From: an uncultured Chloroflexia bacterium
GTDB lineage: Bacteria; Chloroflexota; Dehalococcoidia; DSTF01; JALHUB01
Length of the DNA: 64,000 nt
Assembly (NCBI GenBank): GCA_963726245.1
Contig: CAVSBT010000030.1
Coordinates: 128,001 to 192,000, forward strand
Direction of reading: 5' to 3'
The position numbers and the translations under genes were made by a program. The notes beneath the pieces were generated by a model, which was not told the origin of the DNA, did not search any database, and was given only the letters and a program-made list of their open reading frames with translations. This document shows, one piece after another, positions 1 to 8,823 of this stretch. Position 1 is the first letter of the stretch. Each line of letters opens with the position of its first letter.

Positions 1-34
1 ACGGCCCTGACAGCCGGCTTTCTACAATAGGCAC

Positions 35-421
35 ATGAAGGTCTTACTCGTGGAGGACGAGGCGGCGCTGGCGGACGTGATCGGCCGCAACCTGTGGGCG
101 CGCGGACACAGCGTGACGCTGGCCCCAACGGCCGAGGCCGCTCTCCATAGCCTGGCCGTTGAGCGCCCCGACGTTCTCCTGCTCGACGTCAATCTGCCGG
201 ACATGACGGGTTGGGACGTCCTGCGACGCCTTGACGAAGACGACCGCCGCCGTCTCTCCGTCGTGGTGATATCGGCCGCACCCATTTCGCCCAAGCGGAT
301 CGAGGAGTTCAAGCCGGAGCGCTGCCTGATGAAGCCGTTCCCGATCGACGCGTTGTTGCGGACTCTCGGCGAGCTCGACAGCGCAAGTCAACGGGCGGAC
401 TCGGGCGGCGATCCGCCTTGA
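35..421 (+). CDS. Single-domain response regulator (CheY-like receiver)
   Basis: KVLLVEDE, phosphoacceptor LLDVNLPDMTG, VISA and KPF motifs; no output domain; directly upstream of the kdp operon. Confidence 0.9.
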   Translation: MKVLLVEDEAALADVIGRNLWARGHSVTLAPTAEAALHSLAVERPDVLLLDVNLPDMTGWDVLRRLDEDDRRRLSVVVISAAPISPKRIEEFKPERCLMKPFPIDALLRTLGELDSASQRADSGGDPP

Positions 422-493
422 GGAGCTGTACAGAGGTCGGCCATGAGCGACGTAGCTTTCGGCTGTTAGCACTCTCGAGCGGGTGTAGGTAAT

Positions 494-577
494 ATGGAGA
501 ACGTGGTTCTTTGCATCATTGCCGTGGCGGTGATGACATACCTGGTTTTCGCCCTCATTCGGCCGGAGCAGTTCTAG
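494..577 (+). CDS. kdpF: K+-transporting ATPase subunit F
   Basis: Hand translation MENVVLCIIAVAVMTYLVFALIRPEQF*, with the KdpF signature YLxxALxRPExF, directly before kdpA; too short for the ORF track. Confidence 0.9.
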   Translation: MENVVLCIIAVAVMTYLVFALIRPEQF

Positions 578-597
578 CCCCATGAAGGGGTCCTGAG

Positions 598-2389
598 ATG
601 GCGATTGACATTCTGCAGATGCTAGTGGTCCTGGCGCTGCTGTTCTTGCTGGCGGTGCCCCTAGGCCGCTACATGGCTGCCGTGTTCACCGGAGGCCGGA
701 CGTGGCTCGATCCGGTCTTTGACCCCATCGACAACGCCATCTACCGGCTGGGTGGGATCCGTAAGGAGCCGCAGCGCTGGCCCGCGTACGTGCGGGCTAT
801 GCTCTTACTAACCTCGTCATGTTCATAGTGATCTACGCAATCCTGGAGCTGCAGCACGTTTTGCCGCTTAACCCCGATGGGATGGGCTTCATCAACCCGC
901 TGCTGGGCTTCAATACGGCCGCGAGCTTCATCACCAACACCAACTGGCAGAACTACGGAGGAGAGAGCACGCTCTCCTATTTCAGCCAGATGTTCGCGAT
1001 CACCTTCCCAATGTTCACCTCTGCAGCTACGGGGCTGGCCTGCGGGGTCGCATTCATTCGCGGCCTCGGGGGCAGTGTTGACCTGGGCAACTTCTACGTG
1101 GACCTGACCCGCTCGCTTACCCGCATCCTGATCCCGGCTGCGCTCATCATCGGTGTTGTGCTGGTCGGCCTTGGAGTGCCTGCAACGTTCTCAGGGTCGC
1201 AGACGGTCACGACTCTGAATGGCCCGCTCGCATCGGCGTCTGTGGCAACAGACAACGCCCGGCTCGCCGCCCGCCGACACCGGTGCCGCACCCCGAAGCA
1301 GCGGCTTCCGCCACGGCGCAGGGCCAGCAGACGATTACGCGGGGTCCGGTGGCGGCATTGGAGACCATCAAGGAGCTGGGCACGAACGGGGGCGGCTGGT
1401 TCAACGCCAATTCGGCCCATCCCTTCGAGAACCCACGCCCCATAACCAACGTCCTGGAGATCCTTATGCTGGCCCCCATCCCGGTGGCGATCATCTTCAT
1501 GCTTGGCCACATGCTCATGCGGAAGAGGCAGGCCCTGGTATTCTTCGGAGTGATGGCCGCCCTCCTGGTGGCGTTCCTCGCCGTCTGCTACGCGGGTGAG
1601 CAGCACGGCAATCCCCTGCTCACCGCACAGGGTCTCAACTCGGCTCAGGGCAACATGGAGGGCAAGGAACAGCGCTTCGGCCAAGCTCAGACGGCCCTCT
1701 ACGCCACCGCGACAACCGCTTTCACAACCGGCACCGTGGACGCCTCACACGATAGCATGACGCCCTTGGGCAGCATCACGACCTTCTCACAGATGTTCCT
1801 CCAGGCCGTCTTCGGCGGGAAGGGCGTGGGTTTCATCACCTTCATTGTCTTCGTCATCTTAACCATCTTCTTAACCGGCCTCATGGTGGGCCGGACGCCG
1901 GAGTTTCTCGGCAAGAAGATCGAGGCCCACGAGGTCAAGCTTGCCGGTTTCACTTTTCTCGTGCACCCCTTCCTGATCCTAATACCCACCGCCATCACCT
2001 TCGCGCTCAAACTCGACCCCAGCTCGATTCTGAATCCCGGGCCACACGGCTTCAGCGAGGTGCTCTACGCCTTCACGTCGGCGGCGGCCAACAACGGCTC
2101 GGCCTTCGCCGGCCTGACCGGCAATACCCCCTGGTTCAACGTCAGCCTGGGCGTCGTTATGCTCCTGGCCCGGTACATTCCTATTGTTCTCATGCTGGCG
2201 CTGGCCGGCGGGCTGGCGGCGAAAAAGACGCTGCCCGCAACCGCGGGGACCATGCGCACCGACACTCTGCTGTTCGCCGTGATTCTGACAGGGACGATTC
2301 TGATCATTACCCTGCTGACGTTCTTCCCGGTGCTCGCCATAGGCCCGATAGCGGAACATCTTGCGATGGAAGCAGGAAAGACGTTCTAG
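598..2389 (+). CDS. kdpA: K+-transporting ATPase subunit A (frameshifted near 815 and 1260-1290)
   Basis: ORFs 598..828, 819..1445 and 1283..2389 carry [28 protein letters not shown] and NNGSAFAG. Confidence 0.93.
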
Positions 2390-2400
2390 GCAAGAAGGAT

Positions 2401-4439
2401 ATGAAACGTAAGGGGCGCGGCCTCCGCAGTGCAACATTTGACCGGGACATTCTCGTTCCCGCTCTGGGACATGCGCTCGTCAAGCTCGACCCGCGCTGGA
2501 TGATTCGCAACCCGGTCATGTTCGTGGTCGAGATCGGGGCGGTCCTAACACTCCTCCTAAGCATCGACCCGAGCATCTTCGGCGGGGCCACAGCCAGTCG
2601 CGGCTATAACCTCGTCGTCACGCTGATCCTCGTGGCGACCGTGCTGTTTGCCAACTACGCTGAAGCCGTCGCCGAAGGCAGGGGACGGGCTCAGGCAGAT
2701 ACCCTGCGCCGTACCAAGAAGGACACGCCTGCCAAGCGCGAGCGGCCTGACGGGACTGTGGAGGAGATCGTGTCCTCTGAGCTCCGCAGCGGCGATGTCG
2801 TTCTGATCGAGACGGGTGACATCGTCCCCGGCGACGGCGACGTCATCGCCGGCGTCGCTTACGTCAATGAATCGGCGATAACCGGCGAATCCGCCCCTGT
2901 GCTCAAGGAGCCGGGAACGGACACCCGCAGCTCGGTAACCGGCGGGACGACCGTCATCAGCGACTGGCTCCGCGTCCGCATCACAGCCAATCCTGGCGAG
3001 ACGTTCCTGGACCGGATGATTGCCCTCGTCGAAGGTGCGAAACGGCAGAAGACGCCCAATGAGATCGCACTGACCGTGTTGCTTGCCGCCCTCACACTCA
3101 TCTTCCTCGTCGCCACCGCCACGCTTTCGCCCTTCGCCAAGTTTCTGGGAGGTCCGGTGGACATCGCGACGCTCATCGCCCTCCTCGTGTGCCTCATTCC
3201 GACCACGATCGGCGCGCTGCTTTCGGCCATCGGCATCGCCGGCATAGACCGAGTGACCCGCTTCAACGTCCTGGCGATGTCGGGCAGGGCGGTCGAAGCC
3301 GCCGGTGACATCGACACGCTGCCTGCTGGACAAGACCGGCACCATCACCTACGGCAACCGCATGGCGGCGCAGTTCATCCCGGTCGGGGGCCACACGGAG
3401 CTCGAGCTGGCTGAAGCGGCCATGATGTCCTCGGTTGCGGACGACACACCCGAAGGGAAGTCGATCGTGCAGCTCGCTGAACAGATGGGCGTGAAGCGCC
3501 TCGGCAAGGTTGCCGACACCGCCGAGCTCATCCCGTTCACCGCAGAGACCAGGATGAGCGGCATTGACGCAGAACGGTCGGAAGATCATGAAGGGCGCCG
3601 TGGACGCCATCGAGCGACTCGTGTGGACCGTTCCCGACGAACTGAAACAACGTGCCGATATGTGGCAGGCGAGGGCGGGACGCCGCTGGCTGTAGCCGTC
3701 AACCAGGAGGTGTACGGGCTGGTGTACCTCAAGGATACCGTGAAGCCCGGCCTCAAGCGAACGCTTCGCCGACTTCCGGGCGATGGGAATCCGCACGGTG
3801 ATGGTGACCGGGGACAACCCGCTGACGGCGGCAACGATCGCCAGAGAAGCTGGGATTGACGACTTCCTGGCGCAGGCAACGCCCGAAACAAGATTCAGAC
3901 GCATTCGAGATGAGCAGGCCCAAGGCCGGCTGGTTGCCATGACAGGGGACGGAACCAACGACGCGCCGGCCCTCGCTCAGGCCGACGTGGGTCTCGCCAT
4001 GAACTCAGGGACGAGCGCTGCCAAGGAAGCGGCCAACATGGTCGACCTGGACTCCGATCCCACTAAGCTCCTAGACGTGGTGATGATTGGCAAGCAACTG
4101 CTGATTACGCGTGGCGCCATCACCACATTCTCGATAGCCAACGACGTGGCGAAGTACTTCGCCATTATTCCCGCCATCTTCGTAGCAATATTCCCTGAGC
4201 TAAACAAGCTCAACATCATGCATTTGGCGACTCCTCATAGCGCCATACTTTCGGCGCTCATTTTCAACGCCGTCATCATTGTGATGCTCATTCCCCTGGC
4301 TCTCAGGGGTGTCAAGTATCGGCCGGCGAGCGCCGACAGCTTGCTGCTTCGGAACATCGGCATCTATGGGGCCGGCGGGATCATTGCGCCGTTCATCGGC
4401 ATCAAGCTGATCGACCTGCTCGTCGGTCTCGTGAGCTAA
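2401..4439 (+). CDS. kdpB: K+-transporting P-type ATPase subunit B (several frameshifts 3320-3770)
   Basis: [19 protein letters not shown] phosphorylation motif, TGDN and [10 protein letters not shown] across ORFs 2401..3414, 3305..3859 and 3783..4439. Confidence 0.95.
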
Positions 4440-4455
4440 GGGCAGGAGGACCGCG

Positions 4456-5040
4456 ATGCTCGCTCCGATACGAATCTCAATCGTGTTCCTGCTGCTCCTG
4501 GGAGGGCTCTACCCGGTGGTGATCGTGGGAGCAGGTCAGGTGCTGTTCCATCACCAAGCCCAGGGCAGCATCATTACAAATGCCGGCGGGACGCCGATCG
4601 GTTCCTCACTGATCGCCCAAGCCTTCGACAAGGACATCTACTTCCACCCCCGTCCCTCGGCGGCGGGTGCCGATGGCTATGACGCCACCGCGTCGGGTGG
4701 GTCGAACCTGGCGCCGACCAACCACGTGCTGATTGATCGGGTGAAGAGCGCCGCCGAGGCGCTGCGCCAGGAGAACCCGAGCCTGCAGCGGCTCCCTGCC
4801 GACCTCTTGACGACATCATTTTCTGGCCTGGACCCCGACATCTCCGTCGACGGTGCCATGGCGCAGGTACCACGGGTTGCCAAGGCTCGCTCCCTACCGG
4901 AGTCGCAGGTCGCCGCGCTCGTCAAGAACCACGTCACTGGCCGCGACCTTGGCATCTTCGGCGAGCGAAGGGTTAACGTGCTCGAATTGAACATCGCGCT
5001 GGACAAGATGACATCTGGAGCCGCAACGGCCCAGCAATAG
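4456..5040 (+). CDS. kdpC: K+-transporting ATPase subunit C
   Basis: N-terminal TM helix, GSSLIAQ, YFHPRPSA, SGGSNL, SGLDPDIS, VNVLELN. Confidence 0.95.
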   Translation: MLAPIRISIVFLLLLGGLYPVVIVGAGQVLFHHQAQGSIITNAGGTPIGSSLIAQAFDKDIYFHPRPSAAGADGYDATASGGSNLAPTNHVLIDRVKSAAEALRQENPSLQRLPADLLTTSFSGLDPDISVDGAMAQVPRVAKARSLPESQVAALVKNHVTGRDLGIFGERRVNVLELNIALDKMTSGAATAQQ

Positions 5041-5059
5041 GACCTGGAGGTCATGCGCC

Positions 5060-5449
5060 ATGGCTGGTAACGTTATACTCGTCGGCGACGACTCTGCAAT
5101 CCTGATGCAGCTCGCCGTAGGGCTGCGCGGCACGGCACACACAGTGACCGTGGCGGAATCATCGCATCCCCTCGCGCGGGCGCTCCAACTTGCCGCGCAC
5201 CGCCCGACGGCGATGCTCGTGGCGCTGGGCGGACGGGAGAACGTGGTCGACGTGCGCCTTCTTCTGGCAAGCTCACCCGAGACCAGATTCGTGTTCATCG
5301 TCCCACAGATGCCGCCCCGGGCCCCGCTGGCGCGCGTGGTCAGAGAGCACGGCGGTGCCATCGTGTCAGGCGCCGACGCGCCCGTCGTGATAATGGCGAC
5401 TATTGTTGCATTCCTGGCTGAGGCAGGCCGAACCAGCCGCACCGCATGA
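5060..5449 (+). CDS. Pseudo-receiver (CheY-like fold) protein in the kdp operon
   Basis: VILVGDD start and alternating beta/alpha pattern of a receiver, but the third strand (AMLVAL) has no phosphoacceptor Asp; GGAGG RBS; stop overlaps the kdpD start. Confidence 0.6.
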   Translation: MAGNVILVGDDSAILMQLAVGLRGTAHTVTVAESSHPLARALQLAAHRPTAMLVALGGRENVVDVRLLLASSPETRFVFIVPQMPPRAPLARVVREHGGAIVSGADAPVVIMATIVAFLAEAGRTSRTA

Positions 5450-6567
5450 ACGATTCACGCCCCGATCCCGAAGCCCTGCTTGCGAAGCTGCAACGCGAGA
5501 AGCGAAAGGCCGGACGCGGCACCCTGCGCATCTACCTTGGCGCGTTCCCCGGCGTCGGCAAGACCTATGCCATGCTCGACGAGGCTCATCGCCGCACGAG
5601 CTACGGTGAGGACGTGGTCGTTGGATACGTCGAAACCCACGGCCGCCAGCCAATCGCCGACCTTCTCGAGGGCCTCGAAGTGCTTCCCCGCAAGCGCATC
5701 GAATACAAGGGCGTCATCGTCGAGGAGATGGATGTCGAGGCGGTGCTGAGGCGGCATCCGGCGGTCTGTCTCGTTGATGAGCTCGCACACACCAACGCTC
5801 CCGGTTCGGAACGGGAGAAGCGGTACGAGGATGTCGAGGAGATCCTCGACGCGGGAATCAAAGTGGTCTCCACATTGAACATCCAGCACCTCGAGAGCCT
5901 GAACGACGTCGTTCAAGCGACCACCGGCGTCCGGGTACGCGAGACCATCCCCGACTCGGTCGTGGACAACGCTGACGAACTGATCCTCATCGACCTCTCG
6001 CCGGAGGCCGCCCGCGCCCGTATGCAGCACGGCCACATCTACCCCCAGGCCCAGGCCCAGACTGCGCTCGAGAACTTCTTCCGGGCCGACAACCTGGCGG
6101 CGCTGCGTGAACTGGCTCTGCGGCGGACGGCGCAGGAGGTGGAAGTACAGCTCGACGAGTACATGCGCGAGGCGGCGCGGCAGGCTGCCGTGGACGAACG
6201 CGTCCTGGTATTGATCGATGAGACCCCCTTCTCGAGGACGTTGATCCGTCGCGGCTGGCGCATCGCGCAAGGACTGAGAGCCGATCTAGTGGTGGCCTAC
6301 CTCAAGCAGGATCTCGATCAGGCGGCCCAGGCCGAGCTATCGCGCACGCTCGAGCTCGCGGAGGACCTGAACGCGCGCATCCATCTCTTGGAGGGCACCG
6401 ACGCGACTCCAGCGCTCATAGCCTTCATCCAGGTGGAGGGCATCAATCACCTGATCCTCCCCTATCGCCACCGCAGCGCGCCGAAGCGTCTGCTGAAACG
6501 CTCGCTGGCAGACCAGCTAATGGGCGCGCTGCCGCACCTCGACGTCCACCTCGTTCGCTATCAGTAG
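5446..6567 (+). CDS. kdpD: Short KdpD (KdpD sensor domain + Usp domain; no TM or kinase domain)
   Basis: GAFPGVGKTYAML Walker A, VDELAHTN, TLNIQHLESLND, LRELALR and a C-terminal Usp-like domain; 373 aa. Confidence 0.9.
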   Translation: MNDSRPDPEALLAKLQREKRKAGRGTLRIYLGAFPGVGKTYAMLDEAHRRTSYGEDVVVGYVETHGRQPIADLLEGLEVLPRKRIEYKGVIVEEMDVEAVLRRHPAVCLVDELAHTNAPGSEREKRYEDVEEILDAGIKVVSTLNIQHLESLNDVVQATTGVRVRETIPDSVVDNADELILIDLSPEAARARMQHGHIYPQAQAQTALENFFRADNLAALRELALRRTAQEVEVQLDEYMREAARQAAVDERVLVLIDETPFSRTLIRRGWRIAQGLRADLVVAYLKQDLDQAAQAELSRTLELAEDLNARIHLLEGTDATPALIAFIQVEGINHLILPYRHRSAPKRLLKRSLADQLMGALPHLDVHLVRYQ

Positions 6568-6617
6568 GCACGCCGGCAGGCGCAGGATTCCCTTCTGACT
6601 ATCCTGGTGCCATCTAC

Positions 6618-6647
6618 TTGACAATAGAACGCCCGTTCTGCTACATT
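6618..6647 (+). promoter_or_regulatory. Sigma70-type promoter with a LexA (SOS) box between -35 and -10
   Basis: TTGACA 6618-6623; AGAAC-GCCC-GTTCT 6626-6639 (GAAC-N4-GTTC, the Firmicutes/Actinobacteria/Chloroflexi LexA motif); extended -10 TGcTACATT 6639-6647; directly upstream of imuB-dnaE2. Confidence 0.88.
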
Positions 6648-6691
6648 GAGGCTGCCTCGGCCGTGCTCCTTACCGACCAGGGACCTGAGCC

Positions 6692-7930
6692 ATGCGAGCA
6701 GCCTGCATCTTCATCCCCCACTTCCCTGTCGCTGTCGAACTCCTCGCGAGGCCCGATCTGCGCGGGCGGCCCCTGGTCATCGGCGGCGCTTCGGAGCAGC
6801 GCAAGACCGTCCTGGACTGCTCGCCCGAGGCCGCAGCCCAGGGGGTGCGCCCCGGCAGGCCCCTGCGACAGGCCCTGGCCCTCTGCCCCAAGGCCGCTTT
6901 CCTTGAGTCGGACCCAGCCCGCTACCAGGATGCCTTCGATGCCGTCCTTCGCGCCCTGGAGGACATCAGCCCCCTGGTGGAGCCAGCCGATCTCGGCCGC
7001 GCCTACGTGGGGGTGGATGGCCTCGTAGGGCTCCACCAGGATGAGATGGCTCTGGGCGAGGCCCTGGTGCAGGCCTGCCTGCCGGACAGGCAGGCCGTCC
7101 GCCTGGCCAACAGGCACGGCGGCCCGGCCGGCTCTCTGCTGCCCAGCGCCGGCCTGGGGGAAGGAAAGTTCGTGGCCTGGTCGGCCGCCGTCGTCAGCGC
7201 CCCGGGCGAGGTGTGCGTGGTCCCGCCGGGGCGGGAGGCCGCCTTCCTGGCGCCCCTGGACATGTCCCTTCTTCCCTGCTCGCCCGACACCCTGCGACGG
7301 CTGGAGCTCTTCGGCCTGCGCACCATCGGCGACCTGGCGGCGCTGGCCCTGGGCGCCGTCCAGGCCCAGTTCGGCGTCGAAGGGCGCCGCCTGTGGGAGC
7401 TGGCCCACGGCCTGGACCGCGAGCCCCTGCGCCCCCGCCGGCACGAGGAGTCGCTGAGCGAGCGCCTGGCCTTCTCCGAGCCCACCGTCAGCACCGAGGC
7501 CCTCCTGGTGGGCGGCCGCCAGCTCCTCGGCAGGCTCTTCCGCCGGTCCTCCCTGCATCACCACGCCGTGCGCCGGATGCGTATCCGCGCCGCCCTCAGC
7601 GACGGGCGCGTCTGGGAGCGCACCATCACTTTTCGTGAGGCCACCGCCGACCGCGACCAGATGCTCTACGTGCTGCGCTGCACGCTGGAGGCGGCGCTGC
7701 CCTCGCGGCCCGTGGAGGAGATGGAGGTGACCCTGTCCGGCCTGACAGGGGAGACGGGCAAGCAGGAGGGGCTATTCGTCGCCAAGGGCCGTCGACGGAC
7801 CCAACTGGAGGAGGCCCTGCGGCAGCTCAAGGCCCGCTTCGGGCAGTCGCCCGTGTATCACATCGTGGAGGTGGAGCCGTGGTCGCGCATCCCCGAACGC
7901 CGGCTGGCTCTCATCGACTACGACCCCTGA
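6692..7930 (+). CDS. imuB: ImuB-like inactive Y-family DNA polymerase
   Basis: Y-family fold features (AAAQGVRPG..L.QA..LCP, SPLVEP, LELFGLRTIGDL); first motif CIFIPHF lacks the catalytic Asp; clamp-binding motif QEGLF; upstream of dnaE2. Confidence 0.85.
   Translation: MRAACIFIPHFPVAVELLARPDLRGRPLVIGGASEQRKTVLDCSPEAAAQGVRPGRPLRQALALCPKAAFLESDPARYQDAFDAVLRALEDISPLVEPADLGRAYVGVDGLVGLHQDEMALGEALVQACLPDRQAVRLANRHGGPAGSLLPSAGLGEGKFVAWSAAVVSAPGEVCVVPPGREAAFLAPLDMSLLPCSPDTLRRLELFGLRTIGDLAALALGAVQAQFGVEGRRLWELAHGLDREPLRPRRHEESLSERLAFSEPTVSTEALLVGGRQLLGRLFRRSSLHHHAVRRMRIRAALSDGRVWERTITFREATADRDQMLYVLRCTLEAALPSRPVEEMEVTLSGLTGETGKQEGLFVAKGRRRTQLEEALRQLKARFGQSPVYHIVEVEPWSRIPERRLALIDYDP
7072..7096. repeat. 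Palindromic CCTGCCTG...CAGGCAGG mini-repeat inserted in frame in imuB
   Basis: GGCCTGCCTGCCGGACAGGCAGGCC; removing 21 bp with the duplicated CAGGCC restores VQAVR; related copies near 11325 and 44942. Confidence 0.7.
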
Positions 7931-8166
7931 GGGAGCCGCGGCCCGTCGCCGTGGAGGCGGACGCCGAGGGGCGGCCCGTGGCCGTCACGCTGTCGGGCCG
8001 GCGGCTGCGGCGTCGTCGCGGTGCAGGACGCCTGGCGCATCGACGACGAGTGGTGGCGGGAGCGGCCGGTGAGCCGGCTGTACTACGAGCTGGCGCTGGA
8101 GGACGGGCGGGTGGTGACGGTGTACCAGGACTTGGTGAGCGGGCGATGGGCGAGGCAGGATACTGA
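7879..8166 (+). CDS. Stand-alone ImuB C-terminal-like (DUF6504-like) mutasome accessory protein (frameshift near 8010)
   Basis: Joined frames read LREPRPVAVEADAEGRPVAV...VQDAWRIDDEWWRERPVSRLYYELALEDGRVVTVYQD...W, resembling the ImuB-C 'WW...R.YY' motif. Confidence 0.75.
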   Translation: MVAHPRTPAGSHRLRPLREPRPVAVEADAEGRPVAVTLSGRRLRRRRGAGRLAHRRRVVAGAAGEPAVLRAGAGGRAGGDGVPGLGERAMGEAGY

Positions 8167-8820
8167 TGAATGCCTGTATCAGGCCTTGAACGAGGAGTCA
8201 CGCATAACTGACCTACGCGGTTTAGCCCAACTCTCTGACGAAGCTGCAGCAGATAATGCGCGATGCCAACGACAAGTTCGATCTTGCCATCGAGATACTT
8301 CACTGCAACGACAAGACTGGCGTCCGCCATGGCTAGACTGGTCCGCACGTCAGCTGTTCGACACCTGGAGCGAAGCGTATGGCAGCCATGGCCGAGGTTC
8401 GATGCTTCGAATGCGTCGAGCGTCGTCAAATAACACAGAACCAGCAAGATAGAGGTCCGTCACGTGGTCGATAAGGCTGCTACCCGCTCGGAGTCCGAGC
8501 ATGACAGATATGTTCCGATCGCCTGAGCGAGCCTGTCGGACGGAGGCAAATCCGAGCGGTCTTGCCAAGGCTCTGCACTGTCCCCGCGTCTTTCAGAGTG
8601 TCCGAGCTTCATACGCCTTGAACACCAATCTACGATGCCACTGCAGTACATCGGACCCAATAGAGCCTGTGCTGCACATTGCAGAACCGAGCCTAGTTGG
8701 AGGCCTAGAATGTCAGCTGGGCTGCGACTATCCACTCGTACGGGAGGGCCTTTCCACGAGGAACCTCTCGAATTGCGTCCTCCATCCTTGCACCCCCGAA
8801 TGGACCCTCTAATCCGGCCT
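8167..8820. other. Low-GC insertion of unknown content between the accessory gene and dnaE2
   Basis: About 52% GC over 8161-8280 (hand count) versus roughly 70-80% in dnaE2; no clean long ORF. Confidence 0.55.
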
Positions 8821-8823
8821 GCC

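Noticed and set aside
598-4439. Programmed frameshifting or pseudogenisation of kdpA/kdpB
   Set aside because: No consistent slippery sites, and similar indels occur throughout the window
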